A DNA stretch of 64,000 nt. It comes from the human T2T-CHM13v2.0 reference genome, Homo sapiens. The translations under genes were made by a program, and so were the position numbers. The notes under the pieces were generated by a model that had not been told where the DNA came from, did no database searches, and saw only the letters and a program-made list of their open reading frames with translations. Positions within the stretch are counted from its first letter, which is position 1, and the number at the start of each line of letters is the position of its first letter. Where the stretch lies: assembly GCF_009914755.1 (NCBI RefSeq), contig NC_060933.1, one strand, 5' to 3'. Positions 1-13,500 of the stretch are shown here, in pieces.

Positions 1-3000
1 GATTCCATTCCTTTCCATTCCATTCGACTTGAATCCATTCCATTCCATTCCATTCCATTCCATTCCTTTCCATTGCACACGGGTTCATTCCATTCCATTC
101 CATTGCATTCCATTCCATTCCATTCCATTCCATTTCGTTCCATTCCATTCTCTTCCGTACCATTCCATTCCATTCCATTCCACTCCATTCCATGCCATTC
201 TGCTCGGGTTTATTCCATTCCTTTCCATTCCATTCGGGTTGAATCCATTCCATTCCTTTCCATTCCATTCAATTCCATTACATTGCACTCGGGTTGATTC
301 CATTCCATTCCATTCCATTTCATTCCATTCCATTCCATTCCATTCCATTTCGTTTCATTCCAATCTCTTCCGTACCATTCCATTCCATTCCATTCCATTC
401 CACTCCATTCCATGCCCTTCCACTCGGGTTTATTCCATTCCTTTCCATTCCATTCGGGTTGAATCCTTTCCATTCCGTTCAATTCCATTCAATTCCATTA
501 CATTGCACTCGAGTTGATTCCATTCTATTCCATTCCATTCCATGCCATTCCACTCGGGTTGATTCCATTCCTTTCCATTCCATTCGAGTTGAACCCATTC
601 CATTCCATTCCATTCCATTCCATTCCATTCCATTGCACACGGGTTCATTCCATTCCATTCCATTCCATTCCACTCCATTCCATTCCATTTCGTTCCATTC
701 CATTCTATTCCATACCATTCCTTTCAATTCCATTCCCTTCCATGCCATTTCACTCGGGTTTATTAAATTCTTTTCAATTCCATTCGGGTTGAATCCATTC
801 CATTCCATTCCATTCCATTCCATTCCATTCCATTCCATTCGATTCCATTCCATTGCACTCGGGTTGATTCCATTCCATTCCATGCCATTCCATTTCATTC
901 CATTCCATTCCGTTCCATTCCATTCCATTCCATTCAATTCAATTCCGTTCCATTCCATTACATTACATTCGGATTGATTCTTTTTAATTCCCTTACACTC
1001 CATTACATTCCATTCCATTCGGGTACTTTCCATTCCATTCCATTCCATTCCACTGCATTCTATTGCACTCGGGTTGATTGATTCCATTCCTTTGCATTCC
1101 ATTCAATTCCATTCCATTCCGGATGATTCCATTCCATTGCATCCCATTCCATTCCATTCCCCTGCACTCGGGTTGATCCCATTCCATTGCATTCCATTCC
1201 ATTCCATTCCATTCCATTGCATTCCATTCCGTTCCATTTCATTCCATTCCATTCCATTCTGTTCAGGTTAATTCCATTCCATTCCATTCCCTTCCATTCC
1301 ATTCCATTCCATTCCATTCCATTGCAATCGAGTTGATTCCATTGCATTCCATTCCATTCCATTGCATTGCATTCCATTCCATTCCATTCCCCTGTACTCA
1401 GAATGATTCCATTCCATTCCATTCCATTCCATTCCGTTCCATTCCATTCCATTCCATTTTATTCGCGTTAATTCCATTCCATTCCATTCCATTCCATTCC
1501 GTATGATTCCATTCCATTGCATTTCATTCCATTCAATTCCCCAGCACTCGGCTGGATTCCATTCTATTCCATTCCATTCCATTCCATTCCATTCCGTTCC
1601 ATTCCATTCCATTATATTCGGATTGAATCTATTCAATTCCCTTACACTTCATTACCTTCCATTCCATTCGGGTTGTTTCCATTCCATTCTATTCCATTCC
1701 ACTCCATTCCATTGCAATCGGGTTGATTCCATTCCATTCCATTCCATTCCATTCCGTATGATTCCATTCCATTGCATTCCATTCCAGTCAATTCCACTGC
1801 ACTCGGGTGGATTCCATTCTATTCCATTCCATTCCATTCCATTCCATTCCATTCCATTCCATTCCATTCCATTCTATTCGGGTTAATTTCATTCCATTCC
1901 ATTTTGTTCCATTCCATTCTATTCCGTACCATTCCATTCCATTCCATTCCATTCCATTCCATTCCATTCCATGCCATTCCACTCGGGTTAATTCCATTCC
2001 TTTCCATTAAATTCGTGTTGAATCCATTCCATTCGATTCCATTTCATTCGATTCCATTCCATTGCACTGGGGTCCATTCCATTCCATTCCGTTCCATTCC
2101 ATTCCATTACATTCGGATTGGTTGTATTCAATTCCCTTACACTCTATTTCATTCCATTCCATTCGGGTTGTTTCCATTCCATTCCATTCCATTCCACTCC
2201 ATTCCATTGCACTCGGGTTCATTCCATTCCATTCCATTCCATTGCATTCCATTTCGTTCCATTCCATTCTATTCCGTACCATTCCATTCCATTCCATTCC
2301 ATGCCATTCCACTCGGGTTGATTCCATTCCTTTCCATTCCATTTGGGTTGAATCTAATCCAATCCATTCCATTCCATTCCATTCCATTCCATTCCATTCC
2401 ATTCCATTCCATTCCATTCCATTGAAGTCCTTTCCATTCCATTCCACTCGTGTTGATTCCATTTTATTAGTTTCCATTCCATTCCATTCCCTTCCATTCC
2501 ACTCTGGTTGATTCCATTCCTTTCCATTCCACTCGAATTCATTCCCTTCTATTCCTTCGGAATGATTCCATTGCATTCCGTTCCATTCCATTCCATTCCA
2601 TTCCATTTCGTTCCATTGCATTCTATTCCGTACCCTTCCATTCCATTCCATTCCATGCCATTCCACTCCGGTTGATTCCATTGTTTTCCATTCCATTTGG
2701 GTTGAATCCATTCCATTCCATTCAATTCCATTCCATTCCATTCCATTCCATTCCATTGCACTAGGTTTGATTTCATTCCACTGCATTCCATTCCATTCCA
2801 TTCCATTCCATTCCATTCCGTTCCATTCAATTCCATTACATTCGGATTGATTGTATTCAATTCCCTTACACTCCATTACATTCCATTCCATTCGGGTTAT
2901 TTCCATTCCATTCCATTCCATTCCATTCCATTCCATTGCACTCGGGTTGATTCCATTCCATTCAATTCCATTCCATTCCATTTCGTTCCATTCCAGTCTA

Positions 3001-5990
3001 TTCCGTACCATTCCATTCCATTCCATTCCAGTCCATTCCATTCCTTTCCGTATGATTCCATTCCATTGCATTCCATTCCATTCCATTCCCTTCCACTCGG
3101 GTGGATTCCATTCTATTCCATTCCATTCCATTCCATTCCATTCCATTCCATTCCATTCTATTCGGGTTAATTTGATTCCATTCCATTCCATTGCATTCCA
3201 TTCCATTCCATTCCACTGCACTCGGGTTGATTCCATTCCATTCCATTCCATTCCATTCCATTCCATTCCATTCCATTTCATTTCGTTCCATTCCATTCTA
3301 TTCCATTCCAATCCATTCCATTGCTTTCCATTTCATTTCGTTCCATTCCATTCTCTTCCGGACCATTCCATTCCATTCCATTCCATGCCATTCCACTGCG
3401 GTTGATTCCATTCCTTTCCATTCCATTCGACTTGAATCCATTCCATTCCATTCCATTCCATTCCATTCCTTTCCATTGCACACGTGTTCATTCCATTCCA
3501 TTTCGTTCCATTCCATTCTCTTCCGTACCATTCCATTCCATTCCATTCCATTCCATTCCACTCCATTCCATGGCATTCCGCTCGGGTTTATTCCATTCCT
3601 TTCCATTCCATTCGGGTTGAATCCATTCCATTCCATTCCATTCCATTCAATTCCATTACATTGCACTCGGGTTGATTCCATTCCATTCCATTCCATTCCA
3701 TTCCATTCCATTCCATTTCGTTTCATTCCATTCTCTTCCGTACCATTCCATTCCATTCCATTCCATTCCACTCCATTCCATGCCATTCCACTCGGGTTTA
3801 TTCCATTCCTTTCCATTCCATTCGGGTTGAATCCTTTCCATTCCGTTCAATTCCATTCAATTCCATTACATTGCACTCGAGTTGATTCCATTCCATTCCA
3901 TTCCATTTCATTACATTGCATTCCATTCCATTCCATTCCATGCTATTGCACTCGGGTTGATTCCATTCCTTTCCATTCCATTCGAGTTGAACCCATTCCA
4001 TTCCATTCCATTCCATTCCATTGCACACGGGTTCATTCCATTCCATTCCATTCAATTCCATTCCATTCCATTTCGTTCCATTCCATTCTATTCCGTACCA
4101 TTCCTTTCCATTCCATTCCCTTCCATGCCATTTCACTCGGGTTTATTCCATTCCTTCCCATTCCATTCGGGTTGAATCCATTCCATTCCATTCCATTCCA
4201 TTCCATTCCATTCCATTCCATTACACTCGGGTTGATTCCATTCCATTTCATGCCATTCCATTTCATTCCATTCCATTCCGTTCCATTCCATTCCATTCAA
4301 TTCAATTCAATTCCGTTCCATTCCATTCCATTACATTCGGATTGATTCTTTTTAATTGCCTTACAGTCCATTACATTACATTCCATTTGGGTACTTTCCA
4401 TTCCATTCCATTCCATTCCACTGCATTATATTGCACTCGGGTTGATTGATTCCATTCCTTTGCATTCCATTCAATTCCATTCCATTCCGGATGATTCCAT
4501 TCCATTACATTCCATTCCATTCCATTCCCCTGCACGCAGCTTGATCCCATTCCATTGCATTCCATTCCATTCCATTCCATTCCATTGCATTGCATTTCTT
4601 TCCATTCCATTCCATTCCATTCCATTCTGTTCAGGTTAATTCCATTCCATTCCATTCCCTTCCATTCCATTCCATTCCATTCCATTCCATTGCAATCGAG
4701 TTGATTCCATTGCATTCCATTCCATTCCATTGCATTGCATTCCATTCCATTCCATTCCCCTGTACTCAGAATGATTCCATTCCATTCCATTCCATTCCAT
4801 TCCGTTCCATTCCATTCCATTCCATTCCATTCCATTCCGTATGATTCCATTCCATTGCATTCCATTCCATTCAATTCCCCTGCACTCGGGTGGATTCCAT
4901 TCTATTCCGTTCCATTCCATTCCATTCCGTTCCATTCCATTCCATTACATTCGGATTGAATCTATTCAATTCCCTTACACTCCATTACCTTCCATTCCAT
5001 TCGGGTTGTTTCCATTCCGTTCCATTCCATTCCACTCCATTCCATTGCAATCGGGTTGATTCCATTCCATTCCATTCCATTCCATTCCGTATGATTCCAT
5101 TCCATTGCATTCCATTCCAGTCCGTTCCACTGCACTCGGGTGGATTCCATTCTATTCCATTCCATTCCATTCCATTCCATTCCATTCCATTCCATTCCAT
5201 TCCATTCCATTGAAGTCCTTTCCATTGCATTCCACTCGTGTTGATTCCATTTTATTAGTTTCCATTCCATTCCATTCCCTTCCATTCCACTCTGGTTGAT
5301 TCCATTCCTTTCCATTCTACTCGAATTCATTCCCTTCTATTCCTTTCGGAATGATTCCATTGCATTCCGTTCCATTCCATTCCATTTCATTCCATTTCGT
5401 TCCATTGCATTCTATTGCGTACCATTCCATTCCATTCCATTCCATGCCATTCCACTCCGGTTGATTCCGTTGTTTTCCATTCCATTTGGGGTGAATCCAT
5501 TCCATTCCATTCCATTCCATTCCATTCCATTCCATTCCATTCCATTGCACTAGGTTTGATTTCATTCCACTGCATTCCATTCCATTCCATTCCATTCCAT
5601 TCCATTCCGTTCCATTGAATTCCATTACATTCGGATTGATTGTATTCAATTCCCTTACACTCCATTACATTCCATTCCATTCGGGTTATTTCCATTCCAT
5701 TCCATTCCATTCCATTCCATTGCACTCGGGTTGATTCCATTCCATTCAATTCCATTCCATTCCATTTCGTTCCATTCCACTCTATTCCGTACCATTCCAT
5801 TCCATTCCATTCCAGTCCATTCCATTCCTTTCCGTATGATTCCATTCCATTGCATTCCATTCCATTCCCTTGCACTCGGGTGGATTCCATTCTATTCCAT
5901 TCCATTCCATTCCATTCCATTCCATTCCATTCCATTCCATTCCATTCCATTCCATTCTATTCGGGTTAATTTGATTCCATTCCATTCCAT
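1..5990 (+). repeat. Diverged ~3.4 kb tandem unit: copy 1 at 1-3403, copy 2 from 3404 with an internal deletion of ~0.55 kb
   Basis: Shared rare words: TTCGACTTGAATCC (start of window and ~3426, offset 3403), GTTGATTGATTCC (1073/4441, offset 3368), TACTCAGAATG (offset 3368), GATTGAATCTATTC (1621/4954, offset 3333). The offset then drops to ~2790 at ATTGAAGTCC (2421/5209) and GGGTTAATTTGATTCC (~3162/5961). Confidence 0.85.
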
Positions 5991-6840
5991 TCCGTTCCAT
6001 TCCATTCCATTCCATTCAGATTGATTCTATTCAATTCCCTTACACTCCATTACATTACATTCCATTCGTGTTGTTTCCATTCCATTCCATTGCAATCCAT
6101 TCCATTACATTCCATTCTATTCGGGTTAATTCCATTCCATTCCATTCCCTTCCATTCCATTCCATTGCATTCCATTCCATTCTATTCGGGTTAATTCCAT
6201 TCCATTCCATTCCATTCCATTCCATTCCATTCCATTATATTCGGGTTAATTCCATTCCATTCCATTCCATTCCATTCCATTCCATTCCATTCCATTCCAT
6301 TCCATTTCAATCGTGTTGATTCGATTGCATTCCATTCCATTCCATTCCATTCCATTCCATTCCATTCCATTCCATTCCAGATGATTCCATTCCATTACCT
6401 TCCCTTCCATTCCATTCCCCTGCACTCGGGTGAATTCCATTCTATTCCATTCCATTCCATTCCATTCCATTCCTTTCCATTGAAATCGAGTTGATTCCAT
6501 TCCATTTCATTCCATTCCATACCATTCCATTCCATTCCGTTCCATTTCGGATGATTCCATTCCAGTGCATACCATTCCATTAAATTCCCCTGCACTCGGC
6601 TTTATTCCATTCCATTCCATTCCATTCCATTCCATTCCATTCTATTCCGTACCATTCCATTCCATTCCATTCCATTCCATTCCATGTCATTCCACTCGGT
6701 TTGATTCCATTCCCTTCCATTCCATTCGAGTTGAATCCATTCCATTCCATTCCATTCCATTCCATTCCATTCCATTCCATTCCATTGCACACGGGTTCAT
6801 TCCATTCCATTCTATTCCATTCCATTCCATTCCATTCCAT

Positions 6841-6980
6841 TCCATTCCATTCCGTTCCATTCCATTTCGTTCCCTTCCATTCTATTCCATACCATTCCAT
6901 TCCATTCCATTCCATTCCATTCCGTTCCATTCCATTTCGTTCCCTTCCATTCTATTCCATACCATTCCATTCCATTCCAT
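6841..6980 (+). repeat. 70-bp local tandem duplication
   Basis: TCCGTTCCATTCCATTTCGTTCCCTTCCATTCTATTCCATACC occurs at 6851 and 6921. Confidence 0.85.
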
Positions 6981-9759
6981 TCCACTCCATTCCATGCCAA
7001 TCCACTCGGGTTTATTCCATTCTATTCCATTCCATTCGGGTTGAATCCATTCCATTCCATTCCATTCCATTCAATTCCATTACATTGCCCTCGGGTTGAT
7101 TCCATTCCATTCCATTCCATTCCATTTCATTCCATTCCATTCCATTCCATTCCATTCCTTTCCATTCCATTCCACTCCATGACATTCCACTCGGGTTGAT
7201 TCCATTCCTTTGCATTCCATTCGACTTGAACCCATTCCATTCCATTCCATTCCATTCCAATCCATTGCACACGGGTCCATTCCATTCCATTCCATTCCAT
7301 TCCATTGCATTCCATTCCATTTCTTTCCATTCCATTCTATTCCGTACCATTCCATTCCATTCCATTCCATTCCATTCCATGCCATTCCACTCGGGTTTAT
7401 TCAATTCCTTTCCATTCTATTTGGGTTGAATCCATTCCTTTCCATTCCATTCCATTCAATTCCATTCCATTGCCCTCGGGTTGATTCCATTCCATTCCAT
7501 GGCATTCCATTTCATTCCATTCCATTCCATTCCATTCCATTCCATTCCATTCCATTCCATTCCTTTCCATTCCTTTCCATTCCATTGCAATAGAGTTGAT
7601 TCCATTACATTCCATTCCATTCCATTCCAGTCCTTTCCATTCCATTCCACTCGGGTTGATTCCATTCTATTCCTTTCCATTCCATTCGATTCCATTCCAT
7701 TCCACTCTGGTTGATTCCATTCCTTTTCATTGCACTCGAATACATTCCCTTCTATTCCACTCGGAATGATTCCATTCCATTCCATTAAATTCCATTCCAT
7801 TCCATTCCATTCCATTCCGTTTTGTTCCATTACATTCTATTCTGTACCATTCCACTCCATTCCATTCCATTCCATTCCATGCCATTCCTCTCGCGTTGAT
7901 TGCATTCCATTCCATTGCACACGGGTTGATTCCATTCCATTCCATTCCGTTCCATTCCGGATGACTCCATTCCATTGCATTCCATTCCATTCCATTCCTC
8001 TGCACTGGGTTTCATTACATTCCATTCCATTCACTTCCATTCCATTCCATTCCATTTCAATCGAGTTGATTGCATTCAATTCCATTCCAGTCCATTCCAT
8101 TCCGGATGATTCCATTCCATTGCCTTCCATTCCATTCCATTCCCCTGCACTCGGGTTGATTCCATTCCATTCCATTCCATTCCATTCCATTCCATTCCAT
8201 TCCATTCCATTCCGTTCCATTCCATTCTATTCCGTACCATTCCATTCCATTCCATTCCACTCCATTCCATGCCATTCCACTCGGGTTGATTCCATTCCTT
8301 TCCATTCCATTCGAGTTGAATCCATTCCATTCCATTCCATTCCATTCCATTCCATTACATTACATTCCATTCCATTCCATTGCACACGGGTTCATTCCAT
8401 TCCATTCCATTCCATTCCATTCCATTTCGTTCCATTCCATTCTATTCTATACCATTCCATTCCATTCCATTCCATTCCATTGCATTCCATTCCATTTCGT
8501 TCCATTCCATTCTATTCCGTACCATTCCATTCCATTCCATTCCACTCAATTCCATGCCATTCCACTCTGGTTGATTCCATTCCTTTCGATTCCATTCGAG
8601 TTGAACCCATTCCATTCCATTCCATTCCATTCCATTCCATTCCAATTCATTGCACACGGGTTCATTCCATTCCATTCCATTCCATTCAATTCCATTTCGT
8701 TCTATTCCATTCTATCCCGTACCATTACATTCCATTCCATTGCATTCCATTCCATTCCATTCCACTGCACTCGGGTGGATTCCATTCTATTCCATTCCAT
8801 TCAATTCCATTCCATTCAATTCCATTCCATTCCATTCCATTCCATTCCATTCCATTCCATTCCATTCTATTCGGGTTAATTTCATTCCATTCCATTTTGT
8901 TCCATTCCATTCTATTACTTACCATTCCATTCCATTCCATTCCATTCCATTCCATTCCATTCCATGCCATTCCACTCGGGTTAATTCCATTCCTTTCCAT
9001 TAAATTCGTGTTGAATCCATTCCATTCGATTCCACTTCATTCGATTCCATTCCATTGCACTCGGGTCCATTCCATTCCATTCCATTCCATTCCATTCCAT
9101 TCCATTGTACTAGTTTTGATTCCATTCCACTGCATTCCATTACATTCCATTCCATTCCATTCCGTTCCATTCCATTCCATTACATTCGGATTGGTTGTAT
9201 TCAATTCCCTTACACTCCATTACATTCCATTCCATTCGGGTTGTTTCCATTCCATTCCATTCCATTCCACTCCATTCCATTGCACTCGGGTTCATTCCAT
9301 TCCATTCCATTCCATTGCATTCCATTCCGTTCCATTCCATTCTATTCCGTACCATTCCATTGCATTCCATTCCATGCCATTCCACTCGGGTTGATTCCAT
9401 TCCTTTCCATTCCATTCGAGTTGAATCCAATCCATTCCATTCCATTCCATTCCGTTCCATTGGAATCGGGTTGATTCCATTCCATACCATTCCATTCGGG
9501 TGGAATCCATTCCATTCCATTCCATTCCATTCCATTCCATTCCATTCCATTCTATTCCATTGCACACGGGTTGATTCCATTCCATTCCATTCCGTTCCAT
9601 TCCGGATGACTCCATTCCATTGCCTTCCATTCCATTCCATTCCCCTGCAGTCGGGTTGATTCCATTCCATTCCATGTCATTCCATTCCATTCCATTCCAT
9701 TCCATTCCATTCCATTCCATTGAAGTCCTTTCCATTCCATTCCATTCCATTCCATTCCA

Positions 9760-12700
9760 TGCCATTCCACTCGGGTTTATTGAATTCCTTTCCATTCCAT
9801 TCGGGTTGAATCCATTCCTTTCCATTCCATTCCGTTCAATTCCATTCCATTGCACTCGTGTTGACTCCATTCCATTCCATGCCATTCCATTTCATTGCGT
9901 TCCATTCCATTGCATTACATTCGGATTGATTCTTTTCAATTCCCTTACACTCCATTACATTCCATTCCATTTGGGTAGTTTCCATTCCATTCCATTCCAT
10001 TACACTCCATTGCATTGCACTCGGGATGATTGAATCCATTCCATTGCATTCCATTCCATTCCATTCCATTCCATTCCGGATGATTCCATTCCATTGCATT
10101 CGATTCCATTCCATTCCCCTGCACTCGGGTTGATTCCATTCCATTCCATTCCTTTCCATTCCGTTCCATTCCATTCCATTCCATTCCATTCCATGCTGTT
10201 CAGGTTAATTGCATTCCATTCCATTCCCTTCCATTCCATTCCATTCCATTCCATTCCATTCCATTGCAATCGAGTTGATTCCATTGCATTCCATTCCATT
10301 CCTTTCCATTGCATTCCATTGCATTCCATTCCCCTGCACTCAGGTTGATTCCATTCCATTCCATTCCATTCCATTCCATTCCATTCCCGTTAATTCCATT
10401 CCATTCCATTCCATTACATTCCATTGCAATCGAGTTGATTCCATTCCATTCCATTCCATTCCATTCCATTCCATTCAAGTCCTTTCCATTCCATTCCACT
10501 CGTGTTGATTCCATTTTATTAGTTTCCATTCCATTCCATTCCCTTCCATTCCACTCTGGTTGATTCCTTTCCTTTCCATTCCACTCGAATTCATTCCCTT
10601 CTATTCCACTCGGAATGAATCCGTTCCATTCCGTTCCATTTCATTCCATTCCATTCCATTTCGTTCCATTGCATTCTATTCCGTACCATTCCATTCCATT
10701 CCATTCCATGCCATTCCACTCGGGTTGATTCCATTGCTTTCCATTCCATTTGGGTTGAATCCATTCCATTCCATTCCATTCCATTCCATTCCATTCCATT
10801 CCATTCCGGATGATTCCATTCCATTGCATTCCATTCAATTCCATTCCATTCCCCTGCACCCGGGTTGATTCCATTCCATTCCGTTCCATTCCATTCCATT
10901 TCGTTCCATTCCATTCTATTCCATACCATTCCATTCCATTCCATTCCAATCCACTCCATTCCATGCCATTCCACTCGGGTTTATTCCATTCCTTTCCATT
11001 CCATTCGGGTTGAATCCATTCCATTCCATTCCATTCCATTCCATTCCATTCCATTCCATGCCATTCCACTCCTGTTGATTCCAATCCTTTCCATTCCATT
11101 CGAGTTGAACCCATTCCATTCCATTCCATTCCATTCCATTCCATTCCATTCCAATCCATTGCACACGGGTTCATTCCATTCCATTCCATTCCATTCCATT
11201 CCATTTCGTTCCATTCCATTCTATTCCGTACCATTCCATTCCATTCCATTCCATTCCATTCCATTCCATTCCATTCCATGCCATTCCACTCGGGTATATT
11301 CTATTCCTTTCCATTCCATTCGGGTTGAATCCATTCCTTTCCATTCCATTCCGTTCAATTCCATTCCATTGCACTCGTGATGACTCCATTCCATTCCATG
11401 CCATTCCATTTCATTCCGTTCCATTCCATTCCATAACATTCGGATTGATTCTTTTCAATTCCCTTACAATCCATTACATTCCATTCCATTCAGGTTGTTT
11501 CCATTCCATTCCATTCCATTACACTCCATTGCATTGCACTCGGGATGATTTAATCCATTCCATTGCATTCCATTCCATTCCCTTCCATTCCGGATGGTTC
11601 CATTCCATTGCATTCCATTCCATTCCATTCCCCTGCACTCGGGTTGATTACATTCCATTCCATTCCATTCCGTTCCATTCCATTCCATTCCATTCCATTC
11701 CATGCTGTTCAGGTTAATTGCATTCCATTCCATTCCCTTCCATTCCATTCCATTCCATTCCATTCCATTCCATTCCATTGCAATCGAGTTGATTCCATTG
11801 CATTCCATTCCATTCCATTCCATTGCATTCCATTGCATTCCATTCCCCTGCACTCAGGTTGATTCCATTCCATTCCATTCCATTCCATTCCATTCCATTC
11901 CATTCCATTCTATTCGCGTTAATTCCATTCCATTCCATTCCATTCCATTCCATTGCAATCGAGTTGATTCCATTCCATTCCATTCCATTCCATTCCATTC
12001 CATTCCATTCAAGTCGTTTCCATTCCATTCCACTCGTGTTGATTCCATTTTATTAGTTTCCATTCCATTCCATTCCCTTCCATTCCACTCTGGTTGATTG
12101 CATTCCTTTCCATTCCACTCGAATTCATTCCCTTCTATTCCACTCGGAATGATTCCTTTCCATTCCGTTCCATTTCATTCCATTCCATTCCATTTCGTTC
12201 CATTGCATTCTATTCCGTACCATTCCATTCCATTCCATTCCATGCCATTCCACTCGGGTTGATTCCATTGCTTTCCATTCCATTTGGGTTGAATCCATTC
12301 CATTCCATTCCATTCCATTCCATTCCATTCCATTGCACTAGGTTTGATTCCATTCCACTGCATTCCATTCCATTCCATTCCATTCCATTCCGTTCCATTC
12401 CATTCCATTATATTCGGATTGATTCTTTTTAATTCTCTTAGACTCCGTTTCATTCCATTCCATTCGGGTACTTTCCATTCCATTCCATTCCATTCCACTG
12501 CATTCTATTGCACTCGGGTTGATTGATTCCATTCCATTGCATTCCATTCCATTCCATTCCATTCCATTCCGGATGATTCCATTCCATTGCATTCCATTCC
12601 ATTCCATTCCATTCCCCTGCACTAGGGTTGATTCCATTCCATTCCGTTCCTTTCCATTCCATTCCATTCCATTCCAATCCGTTCTGTTCAGGTTAATTCC

Positions 12701-13500
12701 ATTCCATTCCTTTCCCTTCCATTCCATTGCATTCCATTCCATTGCAATCGAGTTGATTCCATTGCATTCCATTCCATTCCATTCCATTGCATTCCATTCC
12801 ATTCCAATCCCCAGCACTCAGGTTGATTCCATTCCATTCCGATCCATTCCATTCCATTCTATTCGTGTTAATTCCATTCCATTCCATTCCATTACCTTCT
12901 ATTGCAATCGAGTTGATTGCATTCCATTCCGTTCCATTCCATTCCATTCCATTCAAGTCCTTTCCATTCCATTCCACTCGTGTTGATTCCATTTTATTAG
13001 TTTCCATTCCATTCCATTCCCTTCCATTCCACTCTGGTTGATTCCCTTCCTTTCCATTCCACTCGAATTCATTCCCTTCTATTCCACTCGGAATGAATCC
13101 GTTCCATTCCGTTCCATTTAATTCCATTCCATTCCATTTCGTTTCTTTGCATTCTATTCCGTACCATTCCATTCCATGCCATTCCACTCGGGTTCATTCC
13201 ATTGCTTTCCATTCCATGTGGGTTGAATCCATTCCATTCCATTCCATTCCATTCCATTCCATTCCATTCCATTCCATTCCATTCCATTCCGGATGATTCC
13301 ATTCCATTGCATTCCATTCCATTCCATTCCATTCCCCTGCACCCGGGTTGATTCCATTCCATTCCGTTCCATTCCATTCCATTCCATTCCATTTCGTTCC
13401 ATTCCATTCTATTCCATAACATTCCATTCCATTCCATTCCATTCCACTCCATTCCATGCCATTCCACTCGGGTTTATTCCATTCCTTTCCATTCCATTCG
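9760..13500 (+). repeat. Diverged ~1.5 kb tandem unit (two copies plus a rearranged third)
   Basis: CATGCTGTTCAGGTTAATTGC at 10192 and 11701 (offset 1509). GGGATGATT(G/T)AATCC at ~10023 and ~11542. TTTTATTAG at ~10514, 12048 and 12992. CCCTGCACCCGGG at ~10852 and ~13335. Confidence 0.75.

Noticed and set aside
1-5990. Identification as Y-chromosome DYZ1 because of the ~3.4 kb unit
   Set aside because: The 3.4 kb unit has under two copies and does not persist, whereas DYZ1 is a long homogeneous ~3.6 kb array. The chromosome cannot be assigned without k-mer mapping.
7730-9394. Longest ORF (554 aa) and all other + strand poly-SIPFH ORFs
   Set aside because: (ATTCC)n has no stop codon, and because 5 and 3 are coprime every frame gives the same pentapeptide. 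The ORFs overlap in all frames, start mostly at TTG, and have no domain-like sequence.
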